Positions 55,183 to 64,000 of a DNA stretch of 64,000 nucleotides are shown piece after piece. Made by a program: the position numbers and the translations under genes. The DNA comes from an uncultured Acidimicrobiia bacterium (GTDB taxonomy: Bacteria; Acidobacteriota; Terriglobia; Versatilivoradales; Versatilivoraceae): positions 768,001 through 832,000 of the forward strand of contig CAWBAT010000004.1 of assembly GCA_963786955.1 (NCBI GenBank), written 5' to 3'. Position 1 is the stretch's first letter, and every line of letters begins with the position of its first letter. The notes under the pieces are model-generated. The model was not told the DNA's origin, did not search any database, and saw only the letters and a list, made by a program, of their open reading frames with translations.

Positions 55183-55197
55183 GCAAATGAAGTGCCA
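55183..55197 (-). promoter_or_regulatory. sigma54 promoter (near consensus)
   Basis: Minus strand TGGCACTTCATTTGC. Confidence 0.8.
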
Positions 55198-55651
55198 TGT
55201 TTAAAGGCCCAGAAAAGTTCTTTCAAGAAGGTGTATCTAGTTGAATAAAAATGAGTTAGTAAATAGCTAATCCGAAGGTCTAAACGGGCTGCTGTTTATT
55301 TATTCAACGCCTCAAGTGGAGAGACTCCTCACAACTTGCCTTATCCAATGAAGAACTCAACACTTAGATCGGTGTATAATCTCTCAACACCGGGTGTTGA
55401 ATGAGACAACAGCGGATTCTATTTTCTGAAGCTGGAAGAGTTTAATCTGAAGCAGGGGATACTTTGTCAAATCACCCGCATGGTGGCAGCCTGTTCCCAA
55501 AGAAGATCTAAAGCCGAGGACGTTCCCCGGAGTAATTTCTTTATTTTGTGTAGGTTTGTTAATTAATTGAATTGACCGAAAGCGGTCATTAAATTGCCTT
55601 CGCCTATTCGTGAGCTAGAATTTGATTTGCCGGAGGAGTCACTCAACAGCT

Positions 55652-57144
55652 ATGAGCTCTGTTACGAATTGGATCCCGATGAAGTGGCCCTGTGGTCCCT
55701 TAGAGGTTGCACTCCGCCAGAGACAAGGAGCACTTAGCGAGGAATTGCGGCAGTCTCTTCAATTGTGGCTACAGCCGTCTTCACTAGCAATTGTTGAGAA
55801 GACTCCGGTCAATTGCCTTGTCATTCGTTGGGCTGCAGGGCTGCCTCAAGATGAGGAACAACAAAAAAGCCTCAAGCCACTGCTGGAAAAAGGGAAGGAG
55901 TTAGGGCTTTCTTTCGCTGGCGTGATCGAAGGAGCCGCCGATAAGCAAGCTGCTCTCAAAACTGCTGCCGATGCTGGTCTTTCAGCCATCATCTCGTCGG
56001 ATCCAAGTAAGCTTTCAGGCAAGCTCCCGATTATTGAATCGTATCAGCGTTCAACCTTGTCCAGCAAAATGACGAGCCCGTTGCTTGCCTGTGGCGACGC
56101 GCTTTGGCCGCGTCTGCGTTCTAGCGTCGCTGCCGACACAGACGCCGTCGTTGCCGGACCAACGGGAGTTCCTTGGGTGGATTCGAATGGATGGTACGTG
56201 CAGCTGGCCAGAACGCTAAGCCACGAAAAGCCTATCTGGTTGATGTTTGATCCTCCAAAAGCAACTTCCGTCCTTCATGGGGAATCCTATTTACTGGCGT
56301 TGGCCGACACGGAAGCTTACGGAGCTCGCTGGGCTGTTTCCCTGGATGACCAATTCAGGAGCGAGCTGGCGAGTCATAGTCCTTCAGCTCTCAAGAAATG
56401 GAAAGGCATCGCAGATGCTTTGTCTTTCTTCCAGAAACGACAAGAATGGAACTCCTTTCGCCCGAAAAGTGTTCTGGCTGTTGTTTCCGATTTTTCAGGT
56501 GCCAATGAATTCCTCAGTGGCGAAGTGTTAAATCTTCTGCGTCGAAGGCAGGTGGCCTTCAGCATTGTCGAGAAATCATCATGGACCGAAACTTCGCAGG
56601 GAGATGTTAAAGCTGTTTTATGGGTAGATCGGGAACCCGTGGGTAAAGACCACATGGCGGAGTTGCTGGGCTTTGCGGAAAAAGGGGGTTTGTTGATCGT
56701 TCCCAAGACGTGGGGGAAAATTCCGGGGACAGCCCAGGGGACCGAGCTAGATGATCGCTTTGAGATCTACAGCAAGGGAAGGGACGTGTGGCTGTGGCCA
56801 GGACAGAGACTGAAGACCCCTATGCGATGGCGGAGGAGGCTCACTTACTATTGAGCCGGCGGAACGATTTGTTTAGACTTTGGAATGCAGGATCTTTCAA
56901 CGGTTACTTAACCGCTTCCGCGGACAGGAAGAAAACTTTATTGCAATTGATTAATTATGCAGGACGAGATGCAGTAGATCTTTTGTCGGTATGGGTGAGG
57001 GGCAACTATTCGCAGACTAAGGTTTGGAGACATTGCAGTGATAATCCGGCGGCCCTGAACTCTGTGCCCATGCAGAATGGCCAGGAATATCATCTGCCTC
57101 CCATTGGTTATTATGTCGCGATTGAAATGGAGAACATGCTCTAG
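55652..57144 (+). CDS. hypothetical protein (frameshift near 56780)
   Basis: Long ORF pair with GPTGVPWVDSNGW and a GATase-like C-terminal stretch; function not recognised. Confidence 0.7.
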
Positions 57145-57287
57145 TACTGCATTTCATTAATGCGGTGACGTTAACGCCGGGTCGGTGACCCGGCCTACAA
57201 CTTTGTGGGCTTGGGGCTTTCTCAAAGCCCCAACCTCACGCGGCACCTGTCCTAAGATGAGTCACCGTAAGTACGAATCGCAATACT
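57143..57287. mobile_element. MITE-like element, copy 2 (inverted relative to copy 1)
   Basis: Reverse complement shares CAAAGTTGTAGGCCGGGTCACCGACCCGGCGTTA and both terminal motifs with 46878-47006. Confidence 0.7.
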
Positions 57288-57339
57288 TTAGAAGCAGTTC
57301 CAGGCTTCGCTCTTGTTGAGCTCTTAAGGAGAAATTCCC

Positions 57340-58536
57340 ATGCGAACGGAACTCAATCGAAGGGAATGGCTGACGACAGCCGGAAAATCCCTTGCCGGTA
57401 TCTATCTCGGCCGTACCCTGACGAGCTATGCATCAACGGCACCGACCGCTCCAGTGTCTGTCGCCAAATGTCCCAATTACGGGGATATCCTGGTTCCCAC
57501 TCTGGAAAAGATGTTCGATCAATTAGGGGGACTCGATAGACTCGTCAAGGGTAAAACGGTTGCCATCAAGCTGAACCTCACAGGGAATCCCAACCATCGG
57601 CTCGCTCACCTCCCTTTAGGACAGGCGCAATGGGTGCATCCCAAGATAGTCGGCGCAACGGTCTATCTTCTGGGTCAGGCAGGGGCTCGGCGGATCCGGT
57701 TGTTGGAGAGCCCCATGTCCACCAGTGAGCCTCTCGAAGAATTCATGCTCGCGGCCAATTGGGAGCCGCGCGAGTTCCTGAGTGCCGCTCCTCGGGTAGA
57801 ATTTGAAAACACGAATTATCTGGGGACAGCCAAGAAGTACACACGATTTCAGGTGCCGCGTGGAGGACTGCTCTTTTCAGCCTACGATTTGAATCATTCC
57901 TACGAAGATTGTGATGTTTTCGTGTCTATCGCGAAGCTAAAGGAACATCTGACGGCAGGCATCACGCTTTCCATGAAGAATTGCTTTGGCATCACCCCTT
58001 GCACGATTTATGGGGAAGCCGCCGGAGAGGACGAACCCAGTCTCACTCCCAAGGGCGGGCGAAGGCTATTCCATGACGGATTCCGGCAACCTTCAAAGTG
58101 CTCGCCTCCGGAAAAAGATCCTTCTGGTTCCCGTGAGGGAGGGTATCGCGTCCCCCGGGCAGTCGTCGATTTGGTGGCAGCACGGCCAATCCACCTGGCC
58201 ATTATTGACGGAATTGACACCATGACATCCGGAGAAGGTCCCTGGGCGCCGAATACCCGCCCCGTTAAACCCGGAGTGCTGATTGCCGGAACAAACTGCG
58301 TCACCACGGACGCCGTCGGTACGGCCATCATGGGATATGATCCCATGGCGGATCGGGGAATCTCTCCATTTGAAACTTGTGACAGCACTCTTCGCCTGGC
58401 AGAAGACATGGGCCTGGGAATTCGGGATCTCAACCGCATTGAGGTTCGGGGTGTCCCCATCCCACAGGCCAGATTCGACTTCAAGCCTTATCACAACTCT
58501 CCTTGGAATGTCGAAGATCTCGACTTCCGATGCTGA
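57340..58536 (+). CDS. Tat-exported DUF362 protein
   Basis: RREWL signal; VAIKLNL, AKLKEH..AGITLSMKN.FG, IIDG. Confidence 0.85.
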   Translation: MRTELNRREWLTTAGKSLAGIYLGRTLTSYASTAPTAPVSVAKCPNYGDILVPTLEKMFDQLGGLDRLVKGKTVAIKLNLTGNPNHRLAHLPLGQAQWVHPKIVGATVYLLGQAGARRIRLLESPMSTSEPLEEFMLAANWEPREFLSAAPRVEFENTNYLGTAKKYTRFQVPRGGLLFSAYDLNHSYEDCDVFVSIAKLKEHLTAGITLSMKNCFGITPCTIYGEAAGEDEPSLTPKGGRRLFHDGFRQPSKCSPPEKDPSGSREGGYRVPRAVVDLVAARPIHLAIIDGIDTMTSGEGPWAPNTRPVKPGVLIAGTNCVTTDAVGTAIMGYDPMADRGISPFETCDSTLRLAEDMGLGIRDLNRIEVRGVPIPQARFDFKPYHNSPWNVEDLDFRC

Positions 58537-58591
58537 TCCTTCTCCTGACAATTTGAGCGGTTCCAGAATCCGGAATTCAAAGAGGTGCGTC

Positions 58592-59711
58592 ATGTCTTAC
58601 TTTGAAAAGATGGATGGGTTGGGACATGAAGAATTGATTCTTTGCCGCATGCGAGAGGCCGGTTTACGCGCCATTATCGCCATCCACGATACGACACTCG
58701 GACCCTTCGCTCGGCGGAACAAGGATGTGGCCCTATTCTTCGGAAGGAGAGGCCATTACCGACGCTCTTCGGCTTGCCCGAGGCATGACTTACAAAGCAG
58801 CCGCGGCCGGGATTAAATATGGGCGGGGGAAAAGCCGTCATCATCGGAGATCCGAAGAAAGATAAATCGGAAGCTCTTTTTCGCGCCTTCGGCCGCTTCA
58901 TCGAAACACTCAAAGGGAGATTCATTACCGGAGAGGATGTGGGTGTCGACGTGAACGATGTCGAGTACATGTTCATGGAAACTCGATACGTCACGGGGCT
59001 ATCCAGAGCCCATGGAGGGGGAGGTGATCCGGCGCCCGTCACCGCTTTTGGAGTGCTTCAAGGGTATCCGGGCCTGCACTGAGGTGCGACTCGATACTAC
59101 CGAGTTGAAAAACATGTCTGTGGCGGTACAAGGTTTGGGAAATGTCGGTTTACATCTGGTCAAGCTGCTGAAAAACGAGGGCGCCCGCATCGTAGCCGCA
59201 GACATCGACATGGAAAAAGACACGGTATGCCAAAGCCACTTTAGACATTGAGATCGTCGAACCTGAGGAAATTTATAAGGTCGAAGCAGACATTTTTGCG
59301 CCTTGTGCCCTCGGCGCCGTCGTCAACGATAAGACCTTGGAACGGATGAAATTCAAGATCATCGCTGGGGCTGCCAACAATCAGTTGGAAGAAGACCGGC
59401 ACGGATTAGAACTCTATCATCGCAATATCCTGTACGCCCCCGATTACGTCATCAATGCCGGCGGGATGGTCAATGTCTTTGTAGAACTCGAAGGGTATGA
59501 TCGTGAAAGGGCCATGCGGATGAGCCGTGGCATCTATTACAATCTTCGCAAGGTCTTTCAGATTGCCAAGCGAGAAAATATCTCCACGAATCTGGCGGCA
59601 GACAAATTAGTGGAAGAACGCATTGCGATGATGCACCATCTGAAAGGGATTCATACTGGACAATCATTCAGTCGGTTTCATTGGGAACATCGGAGTGGCA
59701 GCTCCCGCTGA
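58592..59711 (+). CDS. Glu/Leu/Phe/Val dehydrogenase, leucine dehydrogenase-like (several frameshifts)
   Basis: [47 protein letters not shown]. Confidence 0.88.
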
Positions 59712-59912
59712 ACAGTGGTCCCGCTGGCGTTCGAACCACGGGTGAAATATTGCGCGTCAATAATGCGTCTGATTTGATTTTGCAGTAAGGAGATGATGCT
59801 TCGAATAATAAAAGCCAATCTCATGGCAATTTGAAAAGCCGTAGACTTCATAAAGCGCATCAACATGACTAGCCCACTTTCTTCGACCCGGGCGCACTAT
59901 TTCCAGTAACAC

Positions 59913-60734
59913 TCAAATCAGGCTAAAGAGTTCCGCAGTTTCGAGCGCCAATACCCCTTCCCAAGTCAAATCCTCCCAATTTCTCCATCGACGGCCTGGT
60001 TCCAACAATTGATAATCATAAGACCTCGTTTGCCCGCCGAACCGAATGGTATTTTGGCGATGAAAGTTTAAAGTCTTTTTGCCAAACGAGGCGCCGGACA
60101 AACCGATGACGCAATCAATCAGGCAACCCGACCCTTCTGGTAATGTCACGCTGAATCCAAAAATTTCCGCATAGTCTAGAAAAACCGACCGGAGGTGTTC
60201 GATGATTCTGGCGGCCAGGGCAAGTCCGCCGCACCGTTCTCCATGGAAGCGCTCCGCTTGACCTAAGATTGAAATCAACATGGCTTGCCGGCTGTCGGGC
60301 TGGCCGATCGATGCGCTTCTCGCAGAATGAATGGCATCGCGGCTGCGAAAATAGGGTTTTAGATCGATAATGGGTGTCCCTTCGATAAAGTCGAGCTGAT
60401 CGACCCAGACGATATTCCCTTCGACCCTTTCAATTCTTGCAGCGGTGAGTGCCAGTGGGTTAGGCCGGGTAGGAGAGCGAACGGCAAAAACTCCATGCAG
60501 CGTGGTCTCATCCTGAATGCGCACGCCTCGCGGTGTGACCTGCAATCGTTCCCGTCCCGCCTCATGCAACCAGGCGACTACCCACAAGTGACTGTGTTTT
60601 TCCAAGTGGCGGAGTCCAGGCTCATACTTTGGGAAAAGCTCTATCCGGGCGGGTACCCCAAAAGGTGGCATCAACTTCCCGTCTTTCACTTCGGAACAGA
60701 CTACACCAATCGGCGTGATTGTTTCAGGCTCCAT
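59913..60734 (-). CDS. tsaA: TsaA/TrmO tRNA m6t6A methyltransferase domain fused to an FmdE-like domain
   Basis: PIG, GVFAVRSPTRPNPL, GTPIIDLKPY; then FHG.RC.GL..C..D..G.S.GK. Confidence 0.8.
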   Translation of the reverse strand: MEPETITPIGVVCSEVKDGKLMPPFGVPARIELFPKYEPGLRHLEKHSHLWVVAWLHEAGRERLQVTPRGVRIQDETTLHGVFAVRSPTRPNPLALTAARIERVEGNIVWVDQLDFIEGTPIIDLKPYFRSRDAIHSARSASIGQPDSRQAMLISILGQAERFHGERCGGLALAARIIEHLRSVFLDYAEIFGFSVTLPEGSGCLIDCVIGLSGASFGKKTLNFHRQNTIRFGGQTRSYDYQLLEPGRRWRNWEDLTWEGVLALETAELFSLI

Positions 60735-60875
60735 TAAACCTCCGATAATCCTTTCCCCCCACTGCTATGGCACTCTCGATGCGCAGTTGGCCCTGGGGGA
60801 CCAGCCGGGGTCAACGTCATCGGCTACAGCAAGGCATCTGAATCGATCCCATTAAACACCCGGTGGCGATTTCAG

Positions 60876-61538
60876 CTAATCGCGAATAGCTATGAGCTTC
60901 CGCAGGTCATCCGGCGACAACTCATCCAGACCTTCCACCACGAGATGCGCGGCATTCAGGGCCTCTCGAGAATGGCTGGTCAGTACTGCCAGGCATTTCA
61001 TTCCGGCTCGGCGGGCCGCCGCGACACCAGCCACAGAGTCTTCGATCACAAGGTTTTTTTCTGCCGGGATTTCCATGAGGCGCGCCGCTTCCAGAAAAAC
61101 AGCCGGGTCCGGCTTACCCGGCATGTTGGCGCCCGAAACAATGGCCTTGAAATAACTGCGGATCCCCATTTCGTTGACCAAAGCATCAATGTTAGCTTGT
61201 GGGGCCGAGGAGCCAATGGCTTGTAGAAACGACTCCCCGGCAAAACGATCGAGCCAAATCCTGACACCACTCATCGGCTGGACTCGCCCCTGAATGAGTT
61301 CCCGAAAGAGCCGCTCTTTTTCATCACTGATTGCAGACAGAAGTTGCGGATCGTGAGAATGACCCAGCAAAGTGGTCAACACTCCGGTGTTATTCATGCC
61401 GAAGGTTTTGCGAAAAAAATCATGGTCAAATGGAATTTGATAGGGTGCCAGCGTCTTCAACCAGGATTGAAAGTGAAATTCACCTGTATCGACTAGCACG
61501 CCATCCAGATCCCAGATCACTCCGTAGTGATTGTTCAT
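60876..61538 (-). CDS. HAD phosphatase (beta-phosphoglucomutase-like)
   Basis: WDLDGVLVDT, GSSAP, GKPDPAVF, VIEDS. Confidence 0.9.
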   Translation of the reverse strand: MNNHYGVIWDLDGVLVDTGEFHFQSWLKTLAPYQIPFDHDFFRKTFGMNNTGVLTTLLGHSHDPQLLSAISDEKERLFRELIQGRVQPMSGVRIWLDRFAGESFLQAIGSSAPQANIDALVNEMGIRSYFKAIVSGANMPGKPDPAVFLEAARLMEIPAEKNLVIEDSVAGVAAARRAGMKCLAVLTSHSREALNAAHLVVEGLDELSPDDLRKLIAIRD

Positions 61539-61717
61539 TTCCCCTTCTTATAGTCATAGAGCCAGCGAGCCGTCGAGGTCCCGATATTCCGAGCAGAATG
61601 CCGTGCCTGCACTGGAATCAAAAGTTCTTCTCCGGGCTGTGGTTGTGGTGTTTTGCCTTCAATTTCAAATTCCATGTCTCCCTCCAAGACCACGACTTAT
61701 TCATCCGTACGCACCAT
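61535..61717 (-). pseudogene. 5'-truncated cupin-domain remnant
   Basis: TDE*VVVLEGDMEFEIEG..PGEELLIP..ARHSARN..ARWLY; ends in an ATGA overlap with the HAD gene. Confidence 0.65.
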
Positions 61718-61740
61718 TAATAGTCAGGTTTGCCGGATTG

Positions 61741-62520
61741 TTAGTCCGTGCTCAACATGTATACCTCACGAAATTGATTTACAATGGTCCGTAGTTTGTC
61801 GTCCAACATCGACATGGCTCGCTCGGCAATGTTCTTGGGAATGCCCCCGTAAAAGGCTTCGGAGATCCCGCCAGCAATGCAGGCCAAGGTATCGGCATCC
61901 CCGCCGAGGGAAACGGCCAACCGGATTGCCTCTTCATAATTAGAAGAGTCGAGGAAGGCGGTAATCGCTTCCGGCACTGTCCGTTGACATGACTCGTTAA
62001 ATGAATAGGTCGGTCGAATATCCTCGATCGTGCGGCTGAGGTTGTAATTAAACCTGTCTTGGATAGCCTTGCGGATCCCATCCTTCGTTTCCCCTTGGCG
62101 CGCGAGAAAAATTGCCGTGGCCGTGGCCTGCGCCCCCCGAATGCCTTCTAGATGGTTGTGGGTCACTTCTGCACTTCGCTTTGCTTCGTATAGTACCTCC
62201 TCAAGGGAGCCAAAAGCGAACCCTACAGGGCTAACCCGCATTGCGGCACCGTTGCCCCAACTGTGGTAAGGCGCGCGCGAGCCGGATTGTACCCACTGCG
62301 AGAAACCACCACCGTAGCCACGATCGGGGTAAGTGAGCGTATACTCGTGAAACTTCTCGACGTAAGGAGATCCCGTAAGCAGACAATCCGCTACCGCGAT
62401 GGTAAGCACACTGTCATCGGTGAATGTGCTCTCCTCGACAAACAACGGGAAGTCTAGGATCTTTTCTCCCTGGAACTCATGGACAGATCCGATGATGTCA
62501 CCAGCAATGGCACCTAGCAT
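61741..62520 (-). CDS. ADP-ribosylglycohydrolase family protein
   Basis: MLGAIAGDIIGS, FTDDS, SWGNGAAMR, VTH, GGDADT. Confidence 0.93.
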   Translation of the reverse strand: MLGAIAGDIIGSVHEFQGEKILDFPLFVEESTFTDDSVLTIAVADCLLTGSPYVEKFHEYTLTYPDRGYGGGFSQWVQSGSRAPYHSWGNGAAMRVSPVGFAFGSLEEVLYEAKRSAEVTHNHLEGIRGAQATATAIFLARQGETKDGIRKAIQDRFNYNLSRTIEDIRPTYSFNESCQRTVPEAITAFLDSSNYEEAIRLAVSLGGDADTLACIAGGISEAFYGGIPKNIAERAMSMLDDKLRTIVNQFREVYMLSTD

Positions 62521-62642
62521 TTCGTCTCACTCTCGGCCTCAGGGCAAGGTGGATAAGTTACAGCTTTGCCTACCGATGGGTACGCAGACTTAAAGCTGGG
62601 GTCGCCCCGCGATGCCAGGCCGAGCCCGAGAGACATTCCCCT

Positions 62643-62681
62643 GTCGCCCTCGGCGACTGTCCCCCCTCGATTGAGGGGGAC
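62643..62681. repeat. REP-like palindromes
   Basis: GTCGCC-CTC-GGCGAC and GTCCCCCCTC..GAGGGGGAC. Confidence 0.5.
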
Positions 62682-62786
62682 TTTTGTGTAGCTTGCTGTT
62701 GTTAAGCTTCGCCGCTTCGAGAAGTTCCACCGGCGAGCTTCAACCGGCGCTCTCTCCGCGCTTCGATGTGAAAACAGGATGACAGC

Positions 62787-63404
62787 TTAAAGCAACGACA
62801 GGTCTGCCTTCGGTTCAAAGCCGGCGCCGGAACCTTGCCCATAGACACTCTCTAAATACGACCGAGCAATGACTGCAGCAGGTAAGCTGTTGCTGAGATC
62901 CATCCCCCGTGCCTTGAGTGTCTCGGTAACCCAAGGCGGGCTGACGACGTTGACCCTGATGCCTCGTGGCGCTTCCAAGGCAGCCGCTCTCACAAAGCCC
63001 TCCAGGCCAGCTGTCACGAGGCTGATCGCCGCCCCGCCAGGCATCGGCGAGCGAGAAAGTGTCCCGGCGGTTAATGTGAAAGATCCTCTGTCAGCAACAC
63101 TTGAAAGGCCGCAGCGGACAAGATTAACCTGCCCCATGAGCATATTTTTGAGGGAATAGTCGAAGTCCCTGTCGGAGAGCTTCGACAGCGGCGCAAAGGC
63201 CACATCGCCCGCGGAGGAAATCACCGCGTCGATCTTGCCCACGGCCCGGTACATGGCAGCAATTGACTTTGGATCTTGAATGTCCACTGCGATCGGCATG
63301 GTCCGGCGGGAGACTAGAACCAGCTCGTGACTGGGCCCTAGCGCTGCCACGATTGCGCGGCCAATCGTACCGGAAGCTCCAATAATCAGAATCCGCATTG
63401 ACAT
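62787..63404 (-). CDS. short-chain dehydrogenase/reductase
   Basis: IIGASGTIG, GQVNLVR, GIRVNVVSPPWV. Confidence 0.9.
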   Translation of the reverse strand: MSMRILIIGASGTIGRAIVAALGPSHELVLVSRRTMPIAVDIQDPKSIAAMYRAVGKIDAVISSAGDVAFAPLSKLSDRDFDYSLKNMLMGQVNLVRCGLSSVADRGSFTLTAGTLSRSPMPGGAAISLVTAGLEGFVRAAALEAPRGIRVNVVSPPWVTETLKARGMDLSNSLPAAVIARSYLESVYGQGSGAGFEPKADLSLL

Positions 63405-63544
63405 CTCTTCGCTCGTTTAGCTTACCATTCAAACCGGCAACCGTGGAAATCGAAATCCCACCTAGCGCCAGTGTCTCCTGCAGCCTATTTCAACCGTCGG
63501 GTGAAACAAGCTTATTCGCTTTGACGCAGCGTTCGAAAACGACC

Positions 63545-63961
63545 TCACGATCGAGGCGCCAACAACCTTAGTGTAATGAGGAGCAACCCCAGGACAACCG
63601 CTCCAGCTGATTGGATGGCCGGGATGAGAAGAAAAGCAAGCCGCGTCCATTCTCCTGATCCCCGCCAGAACATCGGCGCGTAGAGGGCAATACCTGCGCA
63701 CAGACACAGGGACCCGCCGAAAAAAACAAGCTTTGTTCCACGAGTGGATGGCAAGTGGCCTACTGCTTCGAGAAGCACATAGGGCAGAAGCGGCAAGACG
63801 AGCGTTTCCCACATATTGCCAAGATGGTGGTGGTACAAAGCATTCAGACTGATAACGATGGAAAGGAGCCCGGCCAAGCGATGGGGCCACAAGCTCATCC
63901 GGGCAACGTTTTGAGCAAAACCGGCGTTGATTCCCTCATCGGATGACATCTTTAGAAGCAC
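63545..63961 (-). CDS. hypothetical membrane protein
   Basis: Four hydrophobic segments; start uncertain; no family recognised. Confidence 0.5.
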   Translation of the reverse strand: MLLKMSSDEGINAGFAQNVARMSLWPHRLAGLLSIVISLNALYHHHLGNMWETLVLPLLPYVLLEAVGHLPSTRGTKLVFFGGSLCLCAGIALYAPMFWRGSGEWTRLAFLLIPAIQSAGAVVLGLLLITLRLLAPRS

Positions 63962-64000
63962 CTCTACAAACTGTATCTACCCGTAAAACAGCAACCATGA

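Noticed and set aside
1-59711. Mass pseudogenisation or programmed frameshifting (glgP, fabF, fabG, nifJ, maeA, ahbD, hemY, Leu dehydrogenase and others)
   Set aside because: The breaks hit essential genes, are mostly single-base indels (often at homopolymer runs), and the motifs are otherwise intact; best explained by long-read consensus error
62600-64000. Integron cassettes or attC sites around the small terminal genes
   Set aside because: No convincing RYYYAAC...GTTRRRY pairing and no integrase seen

Overview
A gene-dense 64 kb bacterial chromosomal window, probably from an anaerobic Acidobacteriota-like organism (inferred from gene content). Roughly 15 ordinary genes carry frameshifts, mostly at homopolymer runs, which points to uncorrected long-read indels rather than pseudogenisation. 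Housekeeping content: glgP (partial), tdh, yceD-rpmF-plsX-fabG-acpP-fabF, gnd, nifJ with a DHOD-like partner, malic enzyme, a Met/Cys lyase, a Leu-type dehydrogenase and a TsaA fusion. An anaerobic redox region holds AhbD, HemY/HemG, YwiC, a monoheme cytochrome, an 11-heme cytochrome c with a cytochrome b, FeoAB and several two-component systems. Two things stand out. (1) At 47.2-55.2 kb, a module with sigma54-type promoters encodes two GcvH-fold proteins lacking the lipoyl-lysine, a Tat-less HybA/FdnH-like ferredoxin, an NrfD/HybB protein fused to a triheme c7-like domain, a sensor kinase with heme-c motifs, an NtrC-family regulator and an archaemetzincin, but no catalytic subunit. (2) At 4.4-6.8 kb, an A-rich higher-order tandem array (10 units of 118-205 bp built from 7-mer and 9-mer microrepeats) is interrupted by a vapBC-like cassette. 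There are also about seven sigma54-type promoters, a recurring candidate enhancer motif, and several REP-containing MITE-like elements.
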